From NCBI RefSeq assembly GCF_964204645.1, contig NC_134026.1:17208150-17272149 (forward strand): a stretch of 64,000 bases of DNA, in the 5' to 3' direction. A program made the translations under genes and the position numbers. This DNA comes from Tubulanus polymorphus. Lineage: Eukaryota; Animalia; Nemertea. This document shows, one piece after another, positions 1 to 12,987 of this stretch (positions within the stretch are counted from its first letter, which is position 1; every line of letters starts with the position of its first letter). The notes beneath the pieces were generated by a model, which was not told the DNA's origin, did not search any database, and saw nothing but the letters and a program-made list of their open reading frames with translations.

Positions 1-1015
1 GTGGACACCCCCTGTCATTTGTTATCAATGTATATATAAACATTAAGGTTACGGTTTTTTCAGCATTGAAAAAAAACGGCCATAGAAGTCTAGTATTTAA
101 GCCCCAATTTTACCACTGAAATGACCTTGGTGGGAGCATGACTTCCTAGTATTTTTCAGGTCAGGAAAAATATTCATCATAGAAATCAAAAGAGGAACAC
201 TTATTAATTTATAATTACCACATAAATAGTTCAAGTGATTTTTCATGATGATAAAGTTTATTTCGTTTGAAAAACTTTTGTATCTATAATACGCGCTAGT
301 ATCAGAGCTTAATAGCAGAGCTCTACTCTGTATAGGCCTACATGTATATACACAGAGTAGTACACTGACAGCTCTCACTGCAGTTTGCAGTGTATAAATT
401 GATTGCATACAAGTGGGTGTCTAACACGTGTGCGGTGGAGAGCGTACAGCGTACATATCAATACCACAAAACAAATTAATCACACAAACAAATTAAACTA
501 ATTACCGTACAACAATAACAGTCGATGAAACAATTAGGGATACCAGTAATCATTCCCTACTCTGGGAATGAGATAAGGAAAAAACATTTTTGAGTCGCAA
601 AAACAGTCGGTCGAGCGACTGCAACCACACCCTATTATAGGCCTACAGTACTAGTGTTATTTGTAGATTATTAGGCCTATCCATCCAGGATGTGATCCCA
701 TGACAGTACATTATAAAATATTTAGGCCTAGGCCTTCAGAAGACCAGAGCAATGATCTCCAGCGGCACTCGGTCTTATCGTTCTTGAAGAAATTGAACGG
801 CAAGGTTTGACGCTAGCCGCCATGTTTGTCGCGCGCGAGAGGATCGATCATCAACGATAAAATGAACCAAAATTGTGAACAAAGATACAAAGTTAGGGAT
901 TATGAAACATACCAGCCAAATGTTTGATATGTGCTGATTGAAATGGGGACAATAGGCCTAAGTGACAAGTATCACAAAGGGTATTTTTGTATTTTTTGTT
1001 CAGCGCGCTTAATCG

Positions 1016-2324
1016 CGGTGTTGTCATATCGCGGAAAGACGGAATCGCGGAATTTTCCAAAAACGCGGAATTTCTTCATTTTCACTATCAATAGTAAACG
1101 GGGTTTTCCCACGGGGATACCCACTGTCGGACAGGGCACCGGACCCAGGTTTTCAACACCGGGAATTAGTATTTGATAATTTATTATATCGCCAGTCAAC
1201 AACTTAACGATACTGTTCCAAATAATGGAGAACCTAGGCAATACGTGTTTGCGAATTCAGTGATACAGAGTATCGCTGCATTAACTGAAGGAATACAAAT
1301 CGATGGTACGTAAACGTAAGATTTGTGATGACACCATGGGTCATTCTCCAGGACTCATTTCCGAGTTAAGATTTGACTCTGGTCTCTGGATTTAAAACAT
1401 TGGAAATGAATTGATTCTAAGTAACTGAGAGTTAACTCACAACTGTGGAACTGGATCGATGTCAGACGAAAATAAATAGACATTATGTATATTTCATTCT
1501 GGCTTAGGATTGTTCATGCGTGTTGTGTGTCTACATTGTTGTTATAAGCGAATGTGGTTTATCTTTTAGAATTAAATGATATGAAAGATTATAAAATGGT
1601 TTCGTTTTTTTAATGTTTACTTTGTGACTGCTATAACATATATGTCCCTATGCTGATTATTTGGATCAAAAGAATCTTATTGGTACCGGTACTGGACGGC
1701 CGTAAAATTATAATAATTTCAAAGGAATTTTAACCGGTACTTGTTTGGTCGTAGGATTTCATGTTTGCAACCATCTACAACTACGGTCCGACACCGCGAA
1801 CGTGCTCAATATTTATCTGATAATATTCGTTTCTGAAGTTCTCAAAAAGTCGATAAACTTCGATAACCGAAGTTTGCCTAGTAGAAATAGACATTAGGTG
1901 CCTGGTCTCTTTCACCCCACTTGATTCTGACTTCTTCTACAGGTGGCAGCCAGGGCCACCTTCGGTTATCTGAGTTAGTCGAGTATAGTCGAACTAAACG
2001 AAACCGAATGTCCGATAGTCGGAACTATATTCCGGAAATAGTTCGAAAATCAAGCGCATTCGGTTATTAGTTCCGACCACTAGTCGACTAGATACGAAAA
2101 CCGAATTTGGCCCAGTCAACGGTATAGTTATATAATAATTCCATATAAAATTGCCTGCAAATAATGGGATTCGAACCTAACTCGTTGCATCGATCGGTCC
2201 CGTGCCCTGTCTGACAGTGGGTATCCCCGTGGGAAAACCCGTTTACTATTTACAGTAAAAATGAAGAAATTCCGCGTTTTTGGAAAATTCCGCGATTCCG
2301 TCTTTTTGCGATATGACAACACCG
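1016..2324. mobile_element. Non-autonomous TIR DNA transposon (MULE-like), copy 1
   Basis: ~125-bp TIRs (CGGTGTTGTCATATCGC... / ...GCGATATGACAACACCG); perfect 9-bp TSD GCTTAATCG at 1007-1015 and 2325-2333; no coding capacity. Confidence 0.85.
1954..2112. mobile_element. PIF/Harbinger-like MITE nested in the MULE-like element
   Basis: GGCC...GGCC palindromic ends and CAG TSD (1951-1953, 2113-2115); the empty site GGCAGCCAGTGAACGGTAT is visible in copy 2 near 33157. Confidence 0.7.
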
Positions 2325-2649
2325 GCTTAATCGCACGTTTGTACTCACGGAGTCCAAATCACCATGTCTAAACATTCAATTAATCCGCTGACACACATAC
2401 ACTATGAAAATACCGAATTTTCTGTCAATGATGACAAAATAAATGCCCCGATGTTATTATACGGAAATAAAGAGATTTAAATCATTATATGCCTATGTAA
2501 AGTGTCATTTTAAAAATGTATGCTTGGCACTATTTAAAGCGCGGACTAATACAGATTCACTCCTAGACAGGGTCGGCACTACTTCAGAATTTCAATTTTT
2601 TCATTTCGGCAATATTTAATTAACCATGATACAAAAATTCACCATATAC

Positions 2650-4540
2650 GAACTCAACCTTATACGAACTCCAGACATAATACATAGAAGTTAGTCAGGC
2701 CAAAAACAAAAGCCATTGGAGATCTGTAAGAAAATGATTCTCCCGTTGAAGAACCACCGAATTTTCTCAATGAAGTTGATCGAGAGCAGCATTTAAACTT
2801 GAACAACAATGTTCCGGATGTAACACCATACAGACATTCAAACACCAAAATGATTCATTCATGTTTAAATCCTGGCTTACCGACATTTGTTACCGGTGAA
2901 AATCGAGTTGATGATTAGCAAAAAACGCATACCAGTGACCTGGAAAGTTTGACGGGAATCCGTTGCAGTATCCTATCTTTATGCGTCGATTCTTGTCTTG
3001 AGTTGTAGCAGATACAGACAACGACGAAGAACGACTTAATGTTATAGAGCAGTTCATGACTGGAGAAGTAAATAAAATCGTGACTGGTTGCAGTTATTTG
3101 AATTCTTCACGTGGCTATCGAGCAGTATTGGCTGAGTTGGAAAACGATACGGTGACCCCGAAATAATAGCAAATATTCTTTTAAAGCACGGTATCAACTG
3201 GCCAATAAGCAAGGCTGAAGATGCTGGATGAATTTTCCTTTCTTTACTGTCAGAAGTAGAAAACGCTGTAATAAACAGGCACTGAAATTACTCGAGTTTC
3301 CTGAAAATCTTCGGGAAATTGTAGGAAAATTGTCATATGGCTTACAAGAAAAATGGAAAAATGTGGTACAGTCGATTCGCTCAACGGGTAATAACGTAAT
3401 TACTTTGTTTCAACTTGTGAACTTCGTGAGAAAAGAGACAAAAAGGCTAATGACCCTATGTATGGTAAAGACGTTATGAATTTTCAATCTCAGAAAAAAT
3501 AATAAGAAAGAATGAAGCACATGATTCCTAGCCGCACGCGTATAACTGTAGCTCAAACTTCTAATAGCGGAAGTAACGTTGAAAGAAGAAATTATTCGGC
3601 TCTGCGAAAATCATGTTCATATTGCTCTGCTGGCAATGAACATGCTTTGAATGACTGCAAGACATTCACGAAATTTCCATATGATGATAGATTATCATTT
3701 TTAGGAAAACGGGGCTTTGCTGGGGCTGTTTACGAAAGGGTCATCATAGAAAAACTTGTCGAGTAAGAATGACTTGTGATGTATGCAAACGTTTGCATCC
3801 AACAGTGATGCGCGATGAAAATTATCGGAAACTATTTGAAAGTCAAAATCTTGATGTCAGCTGCGAAACTGAAAATGTGTGTCTCGCAAGATAGAAATAG
3901 TCAGAATGGATTTTGTATTTTGGCTATTATTCCCGTTCGAGATGATGGGGAATGTACATAAGTCGTTACTACGCCTTCCTCGATCATGTGAGCTGCATTC
4001 CCTTTTGCACATTATGGAGATCATGGAGACGTCCGTCGTGAAAGTGAAAAGCCACTTCCAATTACCGTGGCTGCTATGGAAACGTCGGACAACAGGATAA
4101 TAAAGGCCAGGCGAAACTGATCTCCCTAAAGATGTTTCTCCAGAATGAAAGATTTAAAGCGGATTATGATGCCTTCATGAAGAATAAAATTGAGAGGAGG
4201 TATGCTGAAAAAGTTCCAGATGAAGATTTAAGAAAGAATGAAGGAAAATATGGTATATTACGGTCCCCGTGGTGGCCAGAAGGCGATATCAACAAACAAC
4301 CATTACCATATTGAATGCATGTTCATCTTTTTGGAGCGGTATCTTCACCAAGCTGTTCGAATCGGGCACTGCGTCGTTGCGCAGAGGATAATGAAGAAAA
4401 TTATGAAGCACGGATCATAAACACGATTAAGAAGAATGTCTGAAGACACGCGCAGATGACTCAAAATCACCTCAATTTGTTATGAATTTAGGCACTCTGT
4501 GCGGGGAAGCTGGTGGTTTTAGGCTGACAAAGTTCATCAG
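2650..4540 (+). mobile_element. Degenerate, internally deleted BEL/Pao LTR retrotransposon (gag and RT fragments)
   Basis: Frameshifted triple zinc knuckles CSYC..HALNDC, LCWGCLRKGHHRKTC, CDVCKRLHP; ILAIIPV; RT motif HLFGAVSSPSCSNRALRRCAEDN at ~4325-4390; boundaries approximate. Confidence 0.75.
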
Positions 4541-5160
4541 TAAAGAAAGCTGACGGGCTGGCCATAGTACCCCTTCGGGCTCTTGTTTTCGAATTCTTTG
4601 TAGAAAGTATATCCCATACAGACCAGGAGCCGAACGTTGGTCCAATTACCATTATTTCACCTTGGGATACTATTTGAATTGTGGCCTTGAAAATTTCTTC
4701 AACCTACTTTCTACAAAAATTGTACAGCAGCATGACCAACATCGTGGGGAATCCACGTTTCAGAATCCCCCTAGTGTTACACAAGCACAATAGATGACAT
4801 CACAATATCTTATAAAATGCGATTGCTGTAAACAGGGCCTAATTTCTAAAATTGTACATAGGGCTGGACTCGGACTCCATAGAGGATATATACCAATGCG
4901 AATAGCCCTGTTCTGTGTAGCGAAGATATCTAATGCCAATACGGTGAAAATATAGAAAGATATATGACATTTTACCCAACATAGTTTAATCCGTTCCAGT
5001 GCCTTGAATAAAATGGCCATGTGCAATGTACCATGTGCAACCAAAATGTTTGGTGGTGATTGAAATGAGTTTTTATATTTTAGGCGATAGAATGTGGCGA
5101 AGGCGAGTTGGTTGTAATTAGAAGGCCGACTTCTGAATCGTACAACGCATCAGATTTCCA

Positions 5161-5495
5161 TCCTCCCCCGGCAGGGATTCGAACCTGATGGCATCGAGAT
5201 TGCCACGGCACAAAACCCTGCCATAATCGACCGTGTGCGCAGATACATGCGCAGTTCAGATGATGTGATTTTTAGCCAATCAGAAATAAGGCTTTATTTA
5301 AGCCCGGGTTTTCCCATTTATAGTTCTTCCTTGATATTTGCCTCAACGATTATACAACGAGCAATCTGATTGGTGCCGCCAGTTTTCGTTCGGAAAGCTG
5401 CGCATGTACCTGCGCACCCGTCTACTGATGCAGGGGTTCGTGCCGTGCTGAGTGTAGCGATGCCATCAGGTTCGAGTCCCTGCAGAGGGAGGGTG
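5161..5495. repeat. Inverted pair of ~95-nt arms with tRNA-like T-arm (B-box) motifs
   Basis: 5161-5256 is the reverse complement of ~5397-5493; both arms read ...GATGCCATCAGGTTCGA(A/G)TCCCTGC outward. Confidence 0.6.
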
Positions 5496-5649
5496 CTGAT
5501 TTCATGCCTTGCGAGTATTGCCACTGGTTATATGTTAAAACGTCATTATGGCAACACCTAAATGATTACCCAATGAGGCCACAGAATGTTGCAATCAGCA
5601 GTGCAAATGCTCTCAGGGAAATGCGAAAACGATGATTTCTCTACATTTT

Positions 5650-6168
5650 AGAGATATGGATCCAGATCAAGTATCACTTGAAGAATTTAACATGGGGATG
5701 AAGGAAACTGTTGCAATCCTGGAATAGTAAACATTTGTTGAGAAGATGAACTCATCCATGCTTTTTCATCATCATTGATCGATCGGTTAGGTACGGAAGA
5801 TGAGCGAGGTACGAAAGATATTGATAATAATCGGATGAAAGTACGAACTGTAGGGAGATTATTAAAACTTCTAAAAGAGATGCACGGCGATAAGTCGTTG
5901 CTGGAATTCCTCAAGCCAGAGGAGTTTATGAATTTTGTCAGCGCCGTCAAAAAACGTGATCATTGCGAGAAACGAAGACGAAATAGACATTCAATCTTGG
6001 AATACACTCGCCAAGCTTCTCATGGCTAGAATTATAGTATTTAACCGAAGAAGGCCAGCGGAAGTCCAAGAGCATACTGTTCATGAACTGCAAAATCCTT
6101 CCAATATAAAATGAGGATACAGAAATTGTAGAGTCGCTTTCAATACCAGAATGAGAAATGGCCAAGAG
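5650..6168 (+). pseudogene. Exon of a degenerate tyrosine-recombinase-like mobile-element protein (N-proximal part)
   Basis: DELIHAFSSSLIDRLG..RMKVRTVGRLL..SLLEFLKPEEFMNFVSAVK resembles the animal SET/integrase-like YR family; candidate donor AG|GTAAAT at ~6168; stops and frameshifts. Confidence 0.45.
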
Positions 6169-6676
6169 GTAAATAATTTTTGAAATTTCATTCCTACCAA
6201 TGCATATTTCATAAAAAAACTTAATCTTTGTACTTTTCTAAGTTTCTAAATTTTACCTGGCCAAAGCATTCAGCTTAACTTCTTAAAAACAATCATGTTA
6301 GCAATGATGTCAGATTTTTCCGCTCTGAACTTAATGATTACCGAGCAAAGAAATTTTTAATGACAAACTTATATGCGATTGCAGGCTTTAGACCTAATGT
6401 TCTTTTAAAATTTAAATATGTAAAAAAATGTAAATATTTCGTGGATGTCCTTCAAGCATCCTCACATACATTGCAAACTCAGAAATGACCAAAGTCAAAA
6501 GAAATATTTGTCTCTTTATATTGATCATTTATATACTATTAACACAAATATCACTGAAGCGCCCTGATTTTAAGACTGTTTCCCACTGTCACCAATGACT
6601 GGGATCATCCTAATAAGAAATTTCATCCTTGCTACATGATCATCTAAATCGATGTGAATTCATGGAGATATTTGAG

Positions 6677-7609
6677 AGTTTCTCAACTTCGCGAAATGTC
6701 CGGATTCTCCGGATTGTACAGAATTCCCGGATCATACAAGGGATTCCCCAATTGTTTTCCAAAATTGAGTATAACCAACCACACAATGAGAGTAAATGTT
6801 AAAACCGGACCAGGAAAAATTCAATTAAATTTCATTCTACATTTATAAAATAAATCATTGACGGTGTTATTATCGGCTATGCTGATATGGCAATGCCACT
6901 CCCCCAGATTTGTCAGAGTTTAAATTAGAAAGTGCCGTATGCTCGATCACCCGTCACTGGCTTATCGGCCCCGGGTACGGACCAAACGACTATTTTTCAT
7001 TACTTTTCAATCCGATATTTCAGGACATAATAATAGATAGAATTAAAATCAACCACCAATATAGTAAACTTAACCATTAAAGAATGACGAAAAATACACT
7101 GATTAGTATTACAAAAATCATAAGCATTTTATTTCATAATGTGCAATATATTCTGGTATTTTAATGACACCTTTCACGCCCGTCATGCGTTAATTACATG
7201 TATAATTGGTCAACATTTGATGCCTCTACACACGAAAGCTTACATACTTTGTCCCTAAAATGAAGTTAGTACAGTACTTTAAGAACAAAATTGAGACGCG
7301 TGAACCTAAGGTTAAACTTGTAGGCAATTCAAACCCAAATGTGAAGACAATTAAAAATGTGAGCCTACTTTAAAACGTTCAGCTTCTTTTTATTTTAAGG
7401 GGATGTACTCTTATCATTGTTAACATCAACCTGTGCCCGAATTGCCAATTATATATGTACCGGGTACATATAAACCGACACAATTTTCTCCATAAAATAA
7501 TAAAATTGAATTGTTCTTTCGCAATCCGGGAATTATGGGTAAATTTCGGGGATTCCGAAAATCTGGCAATTCCGCAGAATCCGGACATTTCGTGAAGTAC
7601 GTGAGACCC
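6677..7609. mobile_element. Non-autonomous TIR element
   Basis: Inverted ends TCTCAACTTCGCGAAATGTCCGGATTCT.. (~6681) and ..AGAATCCGGACATTTCGTGAAGTACGTGAGA (~7606); TSD unclear because the Sola1 element inserted next to it. Confidence 0.5.
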
Positions 7610-7616
7610 GATATAT

Positions 7617-10600
7617 CGTCCATGTTTTCAATAACCGGCGTATCTCAAAAAAATTGATTTTTGAGTTTAACCCATTGATATGATGAGGTGCATGTATACT
7701 TTATCCACACCAAAAATCAGGGTTGTATCTCTTTTAGTTCCAGCGATATAGAGAACGCTGTATGACGTATCTCAAATTTATAGAAAAATAATTTTTTCAC
7801 TAACTGACGCAAAGTAGATACGCCGCTTAGTTTAAAAAAAAATTTGAAATAATTTTGATGATTATTTTTCACTAAGTGTCGTATCTCCTCTAATTATAAT
7901 TGCAACAATGGAAAACGGTAAAACTTTATCAATTTGAAAAGAAGATATATGTCGGTTGGTCGTGTTCGTGTGTGCTGAGCATTTTTGAAGTGATAAGAAG
8001 CAAGTTATATTGCAAATTGAAAGATCATGGTTCGAAAGGTATGTTTAAAGCTTAAAACTTAAGAGCTGTAAAAAACACAGGGAAAATAAGCGTTAAATGT
8101 TTAAAAGGATGTCTCCAACGTGACTACAGCCTAGCCTTTTTTGTGGTTCCGCTGTGCATATCAGTCAACTGTCTCTACAATCCATGTTCATGGGCAGACC
8201 CAGGAATTTCAAATGGGGGGGGGGGGGGTTACTTCCCAAGCCTAGTAGTAGTATATAAATTCTAGTAAGGGAGAAAGGGAGTAAGCGCCTAAGCCTAACA
8301 GGAGGGCGGTGCGCTCTCAAACATAATTGGAAAAAATGCCTATTCACTAAGCAACTAGTGATTTTATATCAAAATTACCATGCAATCATTTTATCTACAT
8401 GAAGAAAATAAGGGGACCTGAGTCCTCAATTCGCCCCAAATGTTCATTGGATGATGAATATTGCTGGTTATATAACGGAGTTTTTTATTACATCTTCAGA
8501 TAAATTCAGACGCTGATGTTCTCATTCAGTGGAAGACCGATGGTTCAAAAAATGTCGTTAAAGTTTCCGAGTTAAAGTTTAAGGGTACCTTGAACGTAGG
8601 CATGAAGGTGAAGATGTTTTGGCCTGAAGATAAGAAATGGTGGAATGGAGTAGTCATCGACTTTGATTCTTATCAAAGTGACGGTGATTGCGATGATAAA
8701 GAAAACGCCGATGAGAACGATTTTTCGGATATCAATGATCCTACCTACAATCCAGTAGATGACGGGTATGCAGACGTGGATTCGGTACACGTTAAGGTAT
8801 GCGAAGGTTTCACCTGCAATGAGGAAGTTTTTGCGGCATGTGTTGCCAACCAGGGAACATGTCAACGTCTTCTTTGCTATGACCATTTTGTCAATGATCA
8901 GCCGTGCTACTTTCATCGTATTGAGCCAACCTCTCCTTTCCACACTCCGCCAGAAGCTGTAATGGTATCTACACCATGTAGCCCAGAAACAACGAAACGT
9001 GTATTGCCGGAAAGTTTTATTGTGGAAGGAACTCCTCGTGAAGTGAGTGGGCGTACACCAGAAAAGCGAAAGAGGTCGGACAAGGAGATTTTGCGTGAGA
9101 ACGCTAAGCGGAATAGAAATCTTGGCTTAGAGTATACAAATCAACACAATAAGCAGAAACCAAGCAGAAGAGAGCTTCATCCACGATGCAGCAGTACTGT
9201 ATGTGGTATAAGACATCTTGCATGCGATGAGCTACCTGACGACCATCGTTTAAATCTAATAACATCGTTCTATGATTTAGGAGATCTTGAAAAACAGCGA
9301 GAGTATATTGGAAGATATTTGAAATCAGTGTCAAAAGGGCAGGAAACGGTATCTCATCAGAGCAGGCGTAAAAGGACCTTGCGCTACTATCTACCGAATG
9401 AGAAAAATGAAAATGTGGAAGTTTGTAAAGTTATGTTTCTAAACACACTAGGGTTAAGCGAGAGACAAGTGAGAACCATTCTAAAAAGACCGGTCCCAAT
9501 AGAGTTCTTGGTCATGAAAACCGTGGTGGCAGAAGGTCGATATTGGCCACCCAAGCTGCTCTGAAAAAGAAAACTGTCCTTGCCCATATAAACCGCTTTC
9601 CTCGAACAGAATCCCATTATTGCAGGGCAAATTCCAAACAGTAATTTCTCACTCCCGAGTTAACAGTAAACAAGATATTCGAACTTTACAGTTCCGATCC
9701 ATCAAATAGGCCTGTGTCTTTTTCTCTATACTACAAAGTTTTTAAATCGCAGAACCTAAAATTCCACGTCCCTAAAAAGGACATGTGCGGCATATGCGAT
9801 ACGTATCGTTCAGGTGACGAGGAAGTAAAACAAGCGTAGCAGAAATGTATGAAAACCATATCAAGGAAAAAGTAGAAGTACGCAGAGTAAAGGACCAGCT
9901 TAAAAATGAAACAGCCAAAAATTCAAAATTGGCTGTTAGCTGTTTCGATTTGCAACAAGTCATAAGTCTGCCGATATCGAATAGAAGTGAATTGTTCTAT
10001 AAACGAAAGCTGTCATGTTATAACTTCACGGTATACAACGTCGGAAAATAAAAAGGAAGTTGCAATTTATGGCACGAGGGTCAAGCCAAAAGGGGCTCAA
10101 ACGAGATAGCATCTTGTCTTTTTAACTGGCTATCCAGCATTGATAAAACTGGAGTGAAAGATGTTAGACTGTTTTCCGATGGGTGTGGAGGTCAAAACAA
10201 AAACTCGATAGTTCCTGGAATGGTTCTCTACTTTGTGAACAAGATTGCACGCTCAATTGAAAGTGTAACTTTATATTACTTTGAGACTGGACATGGACAA
10301 TGCGAGGGAGATAGTATGCATAGTGCTGTAGAGAGAGCAATTAAACGAGCTGGTAAGATAAACGTACCATCCGAACTTCCAGTTGTTATGCGATTAGCAT
10401 GTAAAAAGGCATACCATGTAGATGATGCAGTCGAATTCTACTATTGGAAAACCCATTCGCAAGATACGAGGATACTCAGAGTCCGTGAATCAGGAAATGG
10501 AATCAGAATCGACTGGACCAAAGTAAAGCAGCTACGAGTTCAAAAAACAAAAGAAACCGTTATAGCCTTTAAGATGTCACACTGCGACGATAGTTATTAA

Positions 10601-11356
10601 AGCTTGATCATCCCCCTGCCCGACAAACAATGGAATCCTCTATCAAAGCCGCATATCCAGTCCATCCAAAGATATCTGCTGACAAGTATGCAGATTTGAT
10701 TTCGCTCTGCAATGGACCAACCCCTGTAATCCGTTGTGCAGACCACATTACGTTCTACGAATATCTGCCATATTAATATAATTGTCTAAATTGTAGGGTA
10801 AATATCGTATAAAAGTTAAATGAATGTTTGATTGTTAAACAAAAGGAGTTTTATTTTGATATTAATACTGATCTGTTAATACTTGTTATAATGTGTTTCC
10901 AATTGTTATCGAGTCAAAAATAAAAGACAATTTATTCAATTTGAGACTTAGTGAGTTATTACTTGCTTCAAAACCCAAGGAATGAGCTATATTGATATCT
11001 AAATGCATATATTGCGTGTTTGATAGAGAGACGTATCTATAAAAACAGGCAGTTTTATTTTTCACTAACTGGCGTATCTAACAGGATAAGGTGACGTATC
11101 TGGTGAAATTCAGAAAAAATTTTTCACTAACCGACGTACAACTTTGGCCCCCAAATTTGGACAGTTCGATTGGTTTCGACTAAAATCAATAGCAACATAT
11201 GATAATATGGGTCATACGTTCCATTTTGGCCATATATAAAATTGAAATGACATAGATATCTATACAATTTGAGCTGCCGATTATTTACAGAATTTCAAAT
11301 GTCATCCCTGAAAATTCAATTTTTCTGAGATACGACGGTTAGTGAAAACATGGACG
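7617..11356 (+). mobile_element. Sola1 DNA transposon (full length, decayed)
   Basis: TIRs CGTCCATGTTTTCA(A/C)TAACCG.CGTATCTCA; 4-bp AWWT-type TSD ATAT at 7613-7616 and 11357-11360; subterminal CACTAACTG/CGTATCT repeats. Confidence 0.85.
8027..10776 (+). pseudogene. Sola1-type transposase, spliced, with frameshifts and stops
   Basis: Motifs FDLQQVISLP, FYKRKLSCYNFTVY, WHEGQAKRGSNEIASCL, FSDGCGGQNKN, GHGQCEGDSMHSAVE, terminal FYEYLPY*; candidate mini-exon 8027-8038 (GT donor) splices in frame to the acceptor at 8500. Confidence 0.8.
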
Positions 11357-12399
11357 ATATGAGGAGTTAAACATTTTCATACCTTCCGCACGCACTGTTT
11401 TATCTTGAAACTGTTTGTCCAAACTAATATCAAAGTTGACCCACTTAAAATGGCTTGAAAAAATCTTGAGAAAATCTGCAATGCTTCTATTCAGATGATT
11501 TTAATGTTTGCCACCACCGCTAGGTGCGCCAGTGCTCGATTATCTAGGCCAAACGCGAAATGAGAAGAAAATCGTCCGAAATCGACAGTTTGAGTAAAGT
11601 TTAAAGAAATTAACGAACTATAAACCATAAAGGGCCACCGGGCACTGAAGATTAAAGTATTTTATAATTTTTCAGTCTACTGTTATATGCCTTTGATTCC
11701 TGAAAAATTACTTCAAATAAAATAAATCAGCAATGCAATAACAAGAAAATAATCGCTGTTACAGGCCATAGATGGCAGCATTATACAGTCATTATTATCA
11801 GATATTTTTGGAAACTACCTGACATTATAATCTCGAAGATAAAATGGAGTTAACCATGTTAAGTTAGAACGATAGATAATACCAATAGAGCGAGAAAATA
11901 ACAGAATCATGACTGTTAAACAGTAGATGTTGAGATTCTATTACAAAGCTGCGGCAAGATGTTGATGAAGTGTTGCGTAGATTCTCATGTGATGGATTAG
12001 ACTTCTCAGATAAAATCGTCAAAAAGAGCCACGAAGCCAATAGTTTGATCATCTCAAAAAAATAAAATAAATAAAACACTTGGAACCTTCTAGAATTTGG
12101 AGTTTGCAAGAGTGGGGGATCTCTGTTCAAATGGAGTTCTAGGGGGAATACAAAAGTCACCCACATTTCAATACATTTTGCCTTTGAGGTAGGTGAGCCA
12201 ACACTAGCTGAGCCAACACTAGCGCCGCTTACAGCGGTGGCTAACATTAAAATCATCTGAATAGAAGTATTGTACATGCGTCCTCTGGTTCTAGGTGAAT
12301 GCCCACGGTTATATGTCATATTGATGTTTATGGTTGCATACACCCCTCCAAAATTTAGCCAAGCTTTGGGAAAATCGCGTGGTTACTATTAGAATTTGA

Positions 12400-12950
12400 G
12401 TTCTTGGCCATGCTCTTGACAACAACTTGCAATTTTTTGTTAAATGGCACCAAGTGTAGAATGACCCACATCGAAAATATTACATATCATATGATGTAAA
12501 GGATGAATATATAGATAATAATTTTCAAAACAAAATTCAGTCCACTGATGAGTATATACAAATGATGATTCAAAGTACGTATATCATCACTATATAGATA
12601 TTTATTTTCGGAAATCAGTCGGCACGCTTGTATGTGTGTATAAAAATGACCCTTACTATAGAATGATTCATATCATAATATTTTTGTAATACCGGAGGTT
12701 TGCCGCTACTATTATTCACAGAATAGTACCACTTCTATTAATCACAGTATAGTATTACCATAAAAATATTAATCTTCAAAATCCATAATTGGTACACTTG
12801 AGATGAGTATAAAATGACCCCTTGTGTAATGTGATTCGCAGTATAGTACAAATGTATTACTATAAGATGTGATTATCCAAAACCAGTGTCAGTCCACTTG
12901 AGATCAGTGTTTGATAATGACCTCCAATATAGAATGAACCAATGATGGAT
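12400..12950. repeat. Degenerate ~140-bp tandem repeat
   Basis: Recurrent GTATAAAATGACCC / TAGAATGA / CAGTCCACT blocks. Confidence 0.4.
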
Positions 12951-12987
12951 ATGTCATGGACTTAAATATTTTAATACATGTATTAGT

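Noticed and set aside
931-1241. Similar short ORFs (TESRNFPKTR..) here and at 2128, 32580 and 32984 as a gene family
   Set aside because: They are translations of the non-coding TIRs of the MULE-like element
5397-5495. Functional tRNA gene
   Set aside because: Only the T-arm/B-box is convincing; no clean acceptor, D or anticodon stems could be drawn
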